This document shows, piece after piece, positions 7,875-19,000 of a stretch of 64,000 bases of DNA. Source of the stretch: a virus; the IMG/VR virus record IMGVR_UViG_3300032805_000001, positions 32,001 to 96,000 of that record; one strand, given 5' to 3'. The translations under genes and the position numbers were made by a program. Under the pieces are notes generated by a model. The model did no database searches, was not told the DNA's origin, and saw nothing but the letters and a program-made list of their open reading frames with translations. Numbering within the stretch: position 1 is the first letter of the stretch; each line of letters opens with the position of its first letter.

Positions 7875-10800
7875 ATGGAACTTCCTGAGGTCACGCAGCG
7901 CTTCGACGCCGACGTGTCTGGCTACCTGGCCGGCATTGAGGAAATGATCGCCGCGACGGACCAGTTCCGCGAGTCCGTCGACGCGGCCCTCGTGTCTGTC
8001 GAGGCGCTGCACGCGGCTATTGATGACCTGCCCACCGAGAAGACGATCCACATCAACCTGGAGACGTCTGGGGTTCCGGCTGCTGCTGCGGCTGGGGCGG
8101 GCGCTGGTGCCCCGGACACTGCGGGGATGGCCGCTGAGGCGGCTGCTACTGAGGCGGCCGGGGCTGCCGCCGACGACGCGGATGCGAAGTTCCGCGGGCT
8201 ATCGGAGGCGGAGGATGCTGCGGCGGCTGCGGCGGCCCGGGATGCTGCTGCATTGTCCGCGGAGGCGGCTGCGGCCCATGAGGCGGGGGATGCGGCCGAT
8301 GGGACCGCTGCCTCGCTTGGGCGTATAGGTGAAACCGTCGGTGAGGCTACCATTCCCCTCGCCATGGCTGGTGATGCCGCCCGGGAGGTTGGTATCGGCC
8401 TGGAGGAGGCCGGGGGTGATGCTGAGCGGACAGCCGCCGGTTTCGGCTTGCTCGGTGCCGCTGCTGCCGGGATCGTCAACGGGTTTGCCCGGGTTGAGGA
8501 GACCTGGAAGAACACGAATGTCGTGTGGGGCCTGTCGCTGAATGCCCTGCACTGGATCGTCATGGGCTCGATGGAGGTGCTGGCGGTCGCGGTGCCGGCC
8601 CTGGTCGCGTTCGGCGCCGCCTCCCTGGTCGCTATGCAGGGGGTGCAGGAGACCGGGAACCGGCTTGAGGCCAGTTACACCACCACTGAAGCGCTTGGGG
8701 ATGCGTTTAACACGACCGGTGGTGAGGCGCTCGGCCTGAAAGGGAACCTTCAGGCCGCCCAGGATGCCGCTGACCCGCAGATCTGGGAACTGCTCGGGGC
8801 TGGGCTCAGGATTGTCGGAGAGCAGTCCCAGGGTTTCGTCACCATGGGCAGCCAGGTGATCGGTGTCCTGGACCGGTTCGCGGCGGAACTGACCGTGGAG
8901 CTTAACCCGAAGCTGAGCAGTTTTGCTGGCCAGCTTGACGGCATTGCTTCTAAAGGCGTCTCAGATCTGACTGCGTTCGGGCAGGCGTTCGGTAATCTCG
9001 GTCATTTCATCGTGAATCTCGCGTCGGAGATGCCGGGGCTGGCGGAGGTGCTGCTGGGGGCGGTCGCCGGGTTCACGAAGCTGCTGGCGGTCCTGACCAA
9101 CCCGGCGTGGTACAACTTCGGCGGCAATCTTGTCAGCGTCGCGATGGGCATCGAGGAGGCGTGGCGGTGGGGTGGGCTGCTGTCGAATGTGCTGGGTTCG
9201 ATGCTCGGAAAATTTGCCAACCTGGTCATGGGCATCGGGGGTTTCGTCGGGAAGATTGGCGCACTCGGCAGTGCGGGTACGGCTGCTGCCACTGCCATGG
9301 AAACCATGGGTGGTGGTATCGCTACTGCCGCCGAGGCGCTGTCCGGTCCGTGGGGCTGGGTAATCATGGGGGCTGTGGCGGGGCTGGCGCTGCTCACCAT
9401 CAAGCTGGCAACTACCCGGACTGCCGCGCAGCAGTTCGCTGATGGTCTCCAGAATGCCGTCAATTCATCTGATATGACTGATGCGTTCACGAAGATCGGG
9501 GGAGACCTTACCCAGCTTCAGGGCAAGATGCAGCAGACTGGTGTGGCCGCTGACCATACCGCGACGCTGGTGACGGCTTCCGGTTCGTCGTTTAAGGGGC
9601 TCGGCGCCTCGGTCGGCACGGCCATTGAGGCGTATAACGCATATTCAGGTACGTCCAGCACCATGATAAAGCAGTCTGTTGGCTTGATTGATGCTGGGGA
9701 GAAAATCTCAAGTCAGTTCAAGATCAGTCTTCCCGCGGCGTTTGAGGCTGCCGACATGGCTGGCGTCAAGGTCGGCACCATGTTCCAGAAGAACGGGCAG
9801 ATCAGCGCCGTCGCCCTTCAGCAGATCCAGAACTTTATCGACGGCTATAGGGTTATGAGCGGTAATGCCACCGCTCTTGGTAACAATATCAACGCCGTGA
9901 ACGTGCAACTCGGCTTGCAGAACACTAAGGTCGGTCAGCTCAATCAGGCGTGGGATCAGTTCACCGCCAACGCGACCGGCGGTACCTCGGCCTGGGCCGC
10001 CTTTAATAATGATCTTCAGCAGATGGGTGACACTGCTGGTGTTGTCGGCAATAAAATTACGGCTTTCAGTGGTAAGACTGCAATAGGCGTTAAGGAGATA
10101 AGTCAGGCTCTGACGTCATTTAGTGGTACATCAGCGCAGGTGTGGCAGAGCTTTGATGCCTCCATTACGCAGGCGAACACGAACCTGGACTGGTGGCGGA
10201 CTGCGGCGGCGTCGGGGGCGGCAAGCGGGAAACAGCTCACGGAGGCGACCGCTACTACGGCTGGGGCGTTCCTGCCGTACGTCAAGAACAGCCAGTCGGC
10301 GCTTGCGGAAACGATGATGCTCGCGCAGCAGCAAGGCGGCCCAGCTTACAATTCCTCGAAGTCGCTGGCGCAGAACTATCAGGCGCTGAGCGGCTGGGTG
10401 CAGCAAAACAGTGTCTCGCAGAATCAGTACAACGGCATGCTTGCTCAGGCGACCACTGCTTTGTCTAATGTGAATCAGCAGGCGCAGCAGTTCAGCCAGA
10501 CGCTGCGTGGTGATGTGTCTCAGGCTATTATCACGGGTTCCGGTGCGCTTGCCACCGTCACGAAAGACACTCAGAGCTTCAGTACGGCGCTGAAGAATAA
10601 TGTCCCGCAGTCAGATGCTGTCTCAAGTGCTGTTAAAACTCTTACGGGCGATCTGGTGCGGAACGGCTATGATGCGCAATCCGCTGGCTCTATGATCTAT
10701 CAGCTAGGCGTCCAGCAGGGTCTCACGAAGGGCCAGGCGTACACGCTGGAACAGCAGGCTATCCGGACGGCGAATGCGCTGATTCAGACCGGGAATGCGG

Positions 10801-11330
10801 CGACCCAGGCCGGCGGAAAGGCGAATGCGGCCGCAGGTGAGTTCAGCAACAGCGCCGCGCAGCTATGGCGTATGGTTGATGCGGCGAATGCCGCCGCCGG
10901 CGCGATCAACGCGATCCCCACGTCAAAGACAACCAACTACTACGTCAACACCGACTACGCGCATATTGGTGCGGCGGGTGGCTTTTCCTCGGGTGGCCGG
11001 ATTCCTGGCTATGGCGGGGGAGATGTGCATCCGGCTCTGCTGGAAGGCGGGGAGACGGTTGTCCCGAAGGAACTGACCCCGGCGGTGGCGCCACTGATGC
11101 GCGCTCATGGTATTCCTGGGTTTGCTGGCGGCGGGATCATGGGTTCCGATGGTGGTTACGTCAGCCATGCCGGGTTCGGCGGCGGCGGCGGTGCCCAGCC
11201 GTTGCACATTCACCTGGAATTGAACGGTAACGAGATCGCCAGCGCGCTCATACCGTCCCTGACCAGCGCGAGCGGCAAGTATTCGGTGCGTAATTCTGGG
11301 AAGGCCACGGGTATCTGGCGTCCCGTCTGA
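7875..11330 (+). CDS. Tape measure protein
   Basis: 1151 aa, Ala/Gly-rich and helical, hydrophobic central part, C-terminal GGRIPGYGGGD-PALLEGGE; AGGAGG RBS. Confidence 0.93.
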   Translation: MELPEVTQRFDADVSGYLAGIEEMIAATDQFRESVDAALVSVEALHAAIDDLPTEKTIHINLETSGVPAAAAAGAGAGAPDTAGMAAEAAATEAAGAAADDADAKFRGLSEAEDAAAAAAARDAAALSAEAAAAHEAGDAADGTAASLGRIGETVGEATIPLAMAGDAAREVGIGLEEAGGDAERTAAGFGLLGAAAAGIVNGFARVEETWKNTNVVWGLSLNALHWIVMGSMEVLAVAVPALVAFGAASLVAMQGVQETGNRLEASYTTTEALGDAFNTTGGEALGLKGNLQAAQDAADPQIWELLGAGLRIVGEQSQGFVTMGSQVIGVLDRFAAELTVELNPKLSSFAGQLDGIASKGVSDLTAFGQAFGNLGHFIVNLASEMPGLAEVLLGAVAGFTKLLAVLTNPAWYNFGGNLVSVAMGIEEAWRWGGLLSNVLGSMLGKFANLVMGIGGFVGKIGALGSAGTAAATAMETMGGGIATAAEALSGPWGWVIMGAVAGLALLTIKLATTRTAAQQFADGLQNAVNSSDMTDAFTKIGGDLTQLQGKMQQTGVAADHTATLVTASGSSFKGLGASVGTAIEAYNAYSGTSSTMIKQSVGLIDAGEKISSQFKISLPAAFEAADMAGVKVGTMFQKNGQISAVALQQIQNFIDGYRVMSGNATALGNNINAVNVQLGLQNTKVGQLNQAWDQFTANATGGTSAWAAFNNDLQQMGDTAGVVGNKITAFSGKTAIGVKEISQALTSFSGTSAQVWQSFDASITQANTNLDWWRTAAASGAASGKQLTEATATTAGAFLPYVKNSQSALAETMMLAQQQGGPAYNSSKSLAQNYQALSGWVQQNSVSQNQYNGMLAQATTALSNVNQQAQQFSQTLRGDVSQAIITGSGALATVTKDTQSFSTALKNNVPQSDAVSSAVKTLTGDLVRNGYDAQSAGSMIYQLGVQQGLTKGQAYTLEQQAIRTANALIQTGNAATQAGGKANAAAGEFSNSAAQLWRMVDAANAAAGAINAIPTSKTTNYYVNTDYAHIGAAGGFSSGGRIPGYGGGDVHPALLEGGETVVPKELTPAVAPLMRAHGIPGFAGGGIMGSDGGYVSHAGFGGGGGAQPLHIHLELNGNEIASALIPSLTSASGKYSVRNSGKATGIWRPV

Positions 11331-11406
11331 TCTGGGCCTGTCCGCGGGAATCTCCCGTCCTCCTCTTGTATGCGGGTTACCTGCCGCACTGTGACCTTCC
11401 CCGGGG

Positions 11407-13008
11407 GTGTGTGTGGCTGTTGAGGTTTTCGCTAACGACGGTGCCGCCACTGTCGCCAGCGGCGGCGCGACTACCCCGGTGGCAGGCACCGTCGAGTCGT
11501 GGACCCTGGGCAGTTCCACCTTGCCGGCGGTGTCCTCGTCGGCGACCCCGCCGACCTGGTGTTACATCACCGATCAGGCGAACGACGCGGAGAAGATGCT
11601 CGTCACGAACATCTCCGGGTCGACGGCGACTGTGACACGCGGCGCGGACGGCACCACGCCTATCGCGCATGCGAGCGGGTTCACGGTCAACCAGGTCGCT
11701 ACCCGCGCGTCGCTGACGGCGCTGCAAAGCCCCGCCTGGCTTAACGCGGCAACGTGGTTCGGTGCGGATCCGGCGGGGGCGGCGGACTCCACCACGGCGA
11801 TCCAGAATGCCCTGAATGCTGCCGGGACCGGCGGGGTCGTCTACCTGCCTGCCGGGACGTATAAGCTCACCGCCGCGCTGACCATGACTTCCGGTGTCAC
11901 CCTGCGCGGCGCCGGGCCGGCTGCGACGATCCTGTATCAGACGGGCACGGCGGCGAACGGCATCACGATCGCCGCGACGACGATCGCTAACGTCACGGTG
12001 CGTGATCTGCGGCTTAATGGCCCCAACACGGGCAGCGGTGTCGGTATCGCCGCGGCGGCGAACGGGGGCGCCAACCCGGTCGTGCAGTTGCTCCTGGACA
12101 ACCTGATCGTCTACCAGTTCGGCTCTCATGGCCTTTACCTGCAGAACACGATCGTCTCGATACTGAGCTGTATCGAGTCCGTCAATAATCTCGGCCGCGG
12201 ATTCTGGCTGAACGAGGGCACTTCCACGTCGCTGATTAGCTGCTACGCCAACACGAACCCGAATGAGCGCGGCTACTACCTGCAGAGCCTGCTTTATTCG
12301 CCGGTGATTGGCTGCGCGTCAGATGGTAACGCCATCGGGTATGAGCTGAACGGGTGCGACAGTGTTTCGGTTGCCGGCTGCGGCGCCGAGGACACCGCGG
12401 CGGGGTCTTCTGGCCTGGATGGTTCATCGTTCAAGCTGACCGGGTGCACGTCCACGTCGGTGCGGAACATCCGGGCGCTGAACAACGCCGCGGTTGGCTG
12501 CTATTTCACCAGCAACAGCACGCAATGTTCCCTGGATGGTTTCACCGAGACCGCGGCGGGCGGGGCGACCGCATCAATCACGGTTGACGCTGGATGCGAT
12601 GTCACGTTGCAGAACTACGTTACCGCCACCGCGCAGACTCTCGCGAGCGGCACCACAACCATCCTGAACAGCTATGGTTACACGTTTCTGCGGACGCTGG
12701 AGGCCGGTGATCCGCTGGTCCTGGACTCTGGCAGCGACACGAGCGGCGTCGCCGCCGCGACCTCGCCGTCTTTCAGCACTAACGTCGCGAAACAGCTTGA
12801 TACCACCCAGGACGTCATGCTTTACATCGCCGTTCAGACGTCCGTGAATCTCACGGTGGCGATCGGGCCGACCTCGACCCCGGCGACGACGGTCATGCCC
12901 ACCAAGTCGTACGCATTGGGTCTTATCTCGCTGCGGATTCCCAAGGCCTGGTGGGTGGTGATCACGGGCACGATCGCCGACCTGACTATCACCCAGATTC
13001 CCTGCTAG
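11407..13008 (+). CDS. Tail spike with pectate-lyase-3-like right-handed beta-helix
   Basis: FGADPAGAADSTTAIQNAL...VVYLPAGTY followed by beta-helix repeats. Confidence 0.8.
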   Translation: MCVAVEVFANDGAATVASGGATTPVAGTVESWTLGSSTLPAVSSSATPPTWCYITDQANDAEKMLVTNISGSTATVTRGADGTTPIAHASGFTVNQVATRASLTALQSPAWLNAATWFGADPAGAADSTTAIQNALNAAGTGGVVYLPAGTYKLTAALTMTSGVTLRGAGPAATILYQTGTAANGITIAATTIANVTVRDLRLNGPNTGSGVGIAAAANGGANPVVQLLLDNLIVYQFGSHGLYLQNTIVSILSCIESVNNLGRGFWLNEGTSTSLISCYANTNPNERGYYLQSLLYSPVIGCASDGNAIGYELNGCDSVSVAGCGAEDTAAGSSGLDGSSFKLTGCTSTSVRNIRALNNAAVGCYFTSNSTQCSLDGFTETAAGGATASITVDAGCDVTLQNYVTATAQTLASGTTTILNSYGYTFLRTLEAGDPLVLDSGSDTSGVAAATSPSFSTNVAKQLDTTQDVMLYIAVQTSVNLTVAIGPTSTPATTVMPTKSYALGLISLRIPKAWWVVITGTIADLTITQIPC

Positions 13009-13070
13009 GCCCGCGCCGGGGTTAGCCGGGCCTGTTTTCACCGCACCTCACGAAATCCGGGGGGTGCGGC

Positions 13071-16000
13071 GTGCTGTCGTTTTCTTTCGTCCCGGGTGCG
13101 GCGATACCGGGCCGGTCCCGGCCGGGTACTCCCAGCCCGGCCGGGACGAACCCGCTGGTGGTGCAGCAGGTCACCGGGTCGGTGAACTCCGGGTACGGGG
13201 CGGGGACGTCGCTGATCACCACCAGTCTGGGTAACGCGCTGGTGTGTTTCGCTGGCTGGGACACGATCAACACGAACTTGTCCCTGACCGAGCCGCCCAG
13301 CCCGGGTCCGAACGTGCCCGCGGTCAACGTGACGGACAGTGCCGGGAACCTGTGGCAGCAGCTTGGTATCACCGTTTCCAACGGGTACAGCGCGCGGTGC
13401 GCGATCTGGGTCGCGGTCAACGCCGAACCGGTGACCTGGGTGAGCGTGTGCACGACCGGGTATGCGGCGTCAGCGGCGTGGGTGCTCGCGGAGATCAGCA
13501 GCCTGCCGCAGCAGGTCGGCCTCGACTTTTCTTCCAATGACACGACGGCTCCGCTGTCGGTGGACACTTTGTCGCTGGTCGGGGACGCCACCGGCACTGA
13601 TGTCGTGTTCTCGATGCTGGCCATCCCGACGACGGGGACTTTGAACCCGTCGGTGACGGGCGGCCCGGCCGGGTTCACCGCGCTGGACACGGCGGCGACG
13701 GGGGCGTCGCAGGGCAGCGGTATCGCGATCTTCCCGTACTGGCGGGCGGTCACTCCTGCTGGCGGGGTGACGGCCGGGTACACGATCAGCGTCCCGGATG
13801 TGATGGCGGGGATCGTCGCCGGGATTTCCTCGTCCGCGGCGCCGCCGGTGCAGCCGTCGCAGAATTTCCCGCTGGTGATCACGGAGGCCGCGTTCGGGGC
13901 GCAGCCCGGTGACATCACCAAGTCCGTCGACTATCTCGCGGACAACGAGTCGATTTTCTGGACTGATATTTCCGCGCGGGTGCTGGGGGATGCGGGGCAG
14001 GGGCGGATCAGCGTGTCCCGGGGCCGGCAGTACGAATTGGCGCAGGAGGAGGCGGGCGAGCTCACCGCGTTCCTGGACAACCATGATGGGGCGTTCACGC
14101 CCGGTTATCCCGGGTCGCCGTTTTACTCGAACGCGCTGAACGGGAACATGTCGTTTCAGCTTGCGGTGCCGCCGTGGACGCCGGTGGGCGGGGCGTCGCT
14201 GGCGTTGTCGGCCGCGTACGCGTTCGCGTCGGCGGGGAGTGCCACTTCGAGTTTGCAGGTGACACCGCAGGGCGGGGGGACGGTTTCCCCGTTCGCGTTC
14301 GTGCCGAGCGCCGCGCTGCCGGGCTTGATGGTTCCCGGTTATCCGGGGACCGCCTCGTCGGTGACGAACCCGGGTGCGGCTTCGGAGCTGGTGGATATTA
14401 CGACGACGGCGGGGCGGATCGCGTCCCAGCAGGCATCGTCGTCGGTGTTCGCGACGTCGGGGTCGTGGACGGCGCCGGCGGGGATCACGTCGGTGCAGGC
14501 CGAATGCTGGGGCGGCGGCGGCGGCGGGGGCGGCTCGGACGGGACCGCGAACTCCGCTGGCGGCGGCGGCGGGGGCGGGGAGTACGCCCGGGACACGGTT
14601 CCGGTGGTCGCCGGGACTTCGTACCCGTACACGGTCGGCGCTCCCGGGTCGGGGGGCGGCGGGGCGGGCGGCCAGCAGGTCGTCCAGTTGTTCACTTCGT
14701 CGGGGTCGTGGACGGCGCCGGCCGGTGTGACAGCGATCAAGGTGGAGTGCTGGGGCGGCGGCGGCAACGGCGCCGGGGTGTCCGGTACTACCGGTGGTGG
14801 CGGCGGGGGCGGCGGGGAGTACGCCGCTGAGGCGGCTCTTGCGGTCACGCCAGGGTCGATGTACACGGTGACCGTCGGCGGGGTCGCTGCAGCGTCCACG
14901 TTCCCCGGGAACGCGGCGACGGTGACCGCGCACGGGGGGAAGAACGCTTCCGGTGCCAGTGCGGGGGCGGGCGGTTCGGGGTCATCGAACTCTGTTCATC
15001 ACAGCGGCGGCGCGGGCGGCGCCGGGGATTTCAACGTGTCCGGGACCAGCGGCAGCGGGTCCTATACCGGTTCAGCCGGGTCGAACATTGACGGCAGCGA
15101 CGGCACCCAGAACTCCGCGAACATCACGATCCCGCTGACGGCGAACGCGGCCGGGCAGACGATCACCGCGATCACCATCGCCGCGGGTGGCGCGGGGGGT
15201 GGCGGGCAGGGCGGCGGCGCGTTCTCCGACGGCCACGGCGGCGGAGGCGGCGGAGGCGGCGGGTATGCGAGCGGCACGTGCACGGTCACGGCCGGGAATG
15301 CTTACACGCTGTACTACGGCAACGGTGGTGACCCTGACAGCAACGGCTACGGCGGCGGGGCCGGTGCTGATTCTTCGTTCAGCGGGGACTCCGGCACTGT
15401 TACTGCGGGTGGCGGGAAAGGCGGCGGCGGGGCGGGAGCCGGCGGGGCGGGGGGTACCGCGTCCGGTGCGGGCGGCGGGTACGCGATCGGCGGGTCCGGT
15501 GCGGGCGGGGGCGCCCCGGCGGGGGCGAACTATTTCGGTGGCGGCGGTGGTGGTGGCGGCGGTGGCCGGGCCAACGGGGCGGGCGGGAACGCGTCCGGGC
15601 GTGTCCCGGGTAACGGCGGCGGGAACGGTTCCGGCGGCGGGTACGGGAACCTTAACGGGCCCGGCCGCTCGTTCGGCGGCCAGGGCGGCAACGGCACCCC
15701 GTCCGGCGGCCAGGGCGGCGGCGGGGGCGGGGGCGGGGGCGCGACCGGGGCGACAACCGGATGGCATGGCGGCGGCGGCGGATCCGGGTGGATTTCCTAC
15801 TATTACTCCAACATTCTCGACACCCCGGTCGGCGGGGGCGGCGGCGGGTCGGCGGCGCCTACCGGGTCGGGGAACACGGGCGGGGTCAGCACCAGCCTGA
15901 GCGCCGGTGGTGCGGGTGGCGTGGCGCTGGCGAACGGCGGCGGCGGCGGGAACGGCGGGGTGCAGTCCACCCCCGCCCAAGGCGGTTCAGCGCCGGGCGG

Positions 16001-19000
16001 CGGAGGCGGGGGCGGCGTCACGTCGTTCGGCGCCCCAGGCGCGAACGGGCAGGTCCGCGTCACTTACACGACGTCTTCCAGCCCGAGCGCGGGCACCGCG
16101 GGCGGGGACACCACGTTCAACACCTCGAGCGTGGTCGGTCATGGTGGCAGCGGCGGCGGGGTTGGGCTGCTCGGCGCGAAAGGCGCCGGTGGCGCCGGCG
16201 GCGCGGGGTCTTCGGCTACGGCCCATTTCAGCGGCGGCGCCGGCGCGGGCGGTGTGGTCGCCACCGGGTTCGGCGGTGGCGGCGGCGGGTCGGGAGGCAC
16301 CGGGTCGGCGGGGAATGCGGCCAGCGGCGACCAGGGCGCGACCGGGGTCACCGGCGGGGCGCCCGGCGGGAACGGCGCGCTCGTATCCGGCACGGATTTC
16401 CCTGCCACGTCACCGGTGATCGCCGGCGGGGCGGGTGGCGGCGGCGCGGAGAACGCCGGGTTCACGTCGGGAGCATTCGGCGCTTCAGGGCAGATCCGGC
16501 TCACCTACACCCCTAACGGGCTACTGTCCGCGTCGGCGTGGTTTTACTCGCCGTCCGGGTGGGCGCCGGGCATGCAGGTGAACATCGCCTGGTATGACAC
16601 CGCCCAGACGCTGATCTCCACGACCAGCGGGCCTGTGACGGGTGTTCCGGCGTCGGCGTGGACCCTGGTGGAGAACCTGGCCGTCTCCGCGCCCGCCGGG
16701 GCCATGTACGCGCAGGTCATCGCCGAGGCCAACGGGAACCCGCCGGGCCCGTTCTATATTGCTGAGGCGGCGATCGTCGCCGGGCCGACCATGGTCCAGA
16801 CGGGTCTTGTGCGGCTGCTGACCCCGGTGCGGGTGACCGCGTGGTGGAACGGGCGCCGGTACCCGGTGTGGTTCGGGTACATCGAACGGTACCCGCAGGC
16901 GTGGCCGGAACTGCCGCAGTGGGGGTTTTCGCAGATCACCGCGACGGACGCGGTGGCGGTCGCCGCGGTCGCGAACATGCGTTCCGCGGTGCAAGGGGAC
17001 ATTCTCGCTGACCAGCCGTACGCCTACCTGCCGTGCAACGAGCAGTACACGACCGCTTCGCAGGGCCCGACGACCGTGTACACGCCGATCGACGCGAACG
17101 GGCTGATCGCCGTCGACTACGCCACCCCCAACCAGGTGCCGGGCATTTACGGGGACGGGCTGATCGCCGCAGTGAACACGGGCCTGGCGATCAACCTGCT
17201 CGGCGACCAGAACACTGGGATGGGCACGACGGGGTATTCGCAGCAGGACTCCGGTGACCGGGGTGCGGGCCTGTTCTACTACGACGCGAACCTGCCCACT
17301 AATAGCACCGGGTCGGGGCTGACGGCTGAGTTCTGGTTCGGGTACGGCGGTACGGCGCAGACGTGCACGCTGCTGACGATGTGGGGTGCGCCGAGCTCGT
17401 TCAAGGCGCCTACCGGGTCGGGGAACGGGGCGGTAGCGACCGTTTACGCGAATGGGGCGTCGGGGACGATCACGGTGCTCGGGCCGGCGGGGGCCACGCT
17501 GAATTTCCCGTTCACCCCGAACGGGAACACCCCGCAGCACATGGTTCTCACCTTGTCGACGTCGAACGGCCTGTCGGACGTTTACTTCAACGGCACCCTG
17601 CAGGGGCAGGTGACGCTGGGGGTGATGTCTGAGTTCGCGGCGGTCGCGCTTGGCCCGTCCCGGTACACCTATGACTGCGCGAACGCCTCCAACTACCAGA
17701 GTTTCAACTATGTCGCCGCGCATCTGGCCGTCTACTCCTACCAGCTCACACCCGAGCGGATCGCCGCCCACTACACGACCGGTGCGCTCGGCGCATCAGG
17801 AGTGACAGCAGCGGAACGGTTCGCGCAGATCCTGACGTGGGGCGGGCTGGGCCTGAAACGGGGCGTGTACTGGTGGCAGATCGCGACCGGGCAACCGGAG
17901 ATCACCCAGATCGGCCCCGCCTATTCCCTGTCCGGTTCGTCGGCCGCTGACGGGATCAACGCGGTCGCTCAGGAAGAAGGCGGCCGGTCGAACACGCAGG
18001 CCAACGGGTCATACGTGTACACCGAACGGTGGGCGAATTACAACAAGCCGATTGTCGCCGCGTTCGGTGACAACGCGATCGGCGGTCCTGTCGTCCTCGA
18101 CACGTCCCCGTTCCCGCAAGGTTCTCTCGGCGCGTGGACAGCCAGCAACGGCACCTTGTCCCTCAGCCAGGCGCAAGCATACGGGGGCGCCTTCTCGGGA
18201 CTGCTGGTCCCCGCGGGCGGGTCCGGGGCGTGGGTGAGCGGCGACATGGTGACGGTGACCGCCGGGAACGGGTACGTGGCAGGCGCGTGGGTGTACTCGC
18301 CGACCGGGTGGGGAACCGTGGTGATCGGCGCCGACTGGTACGCCCCATCCGGGTATGTGTCGACGTCCGCCGCGACCGTCGGCATCCCCGCCGGCGCGTG
18401 GGTGTACGTGACGTCCGGGGTGGTCACCGCCCCTGCCGGGCAGGGCATCACCTCAGCAACCTTGCATGCCGGGGAAGCGGGGATCAGCGCACCATCGCCA
18501 GCGAACCTGCTGTACATCGGGCTCGCGACCCTGCTCGCCGCCTCCCCGGAGATCCCCGCGCTGCAGGACTCCACGTTTGATTACGACAACACGTACCTGT
18601 ACAACGAGACCACGGTCACCCAGCAGGAAGGACCAAACCAGCTTGTCATCGCCGACGAGCGGGACACCACTTCGGCGGGTGAGTATTTCCGCCGGTCGGC
18701 GCTCACCTACTCCAGCGAGGTTGTCTCCCCGTACGACGTGACGGATCTGGCGTCGTGGTCGCTGGCGAAGTTCGGGCAGCCGGGCCTGCACTTGCAGCAG
18801 CTTGTCGTGGACGCTCATGCATGCCCGCAGATCGCGTTCCCCACCGTCCTCGCCCTGGACATCGGGGACGTCGTACAGGTGACCCGCAGGCCTATCGGCG
18901 GAGCCGTGATCTCCGAAACCGGGATCATCGAACGGGTCCAGCATCAGATCGGCGCGGGCAAGTGGACGGTGACCTACCAGTTGAGCCCGTACACCCCGGA

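Noticed and set aside
14400-16500. PE-PGRS or collagen-like host gene
   Set aside because: Gly-rich tracts are in frame within the tail protein, with no PE domain and no Gly-X-Y periodicity.
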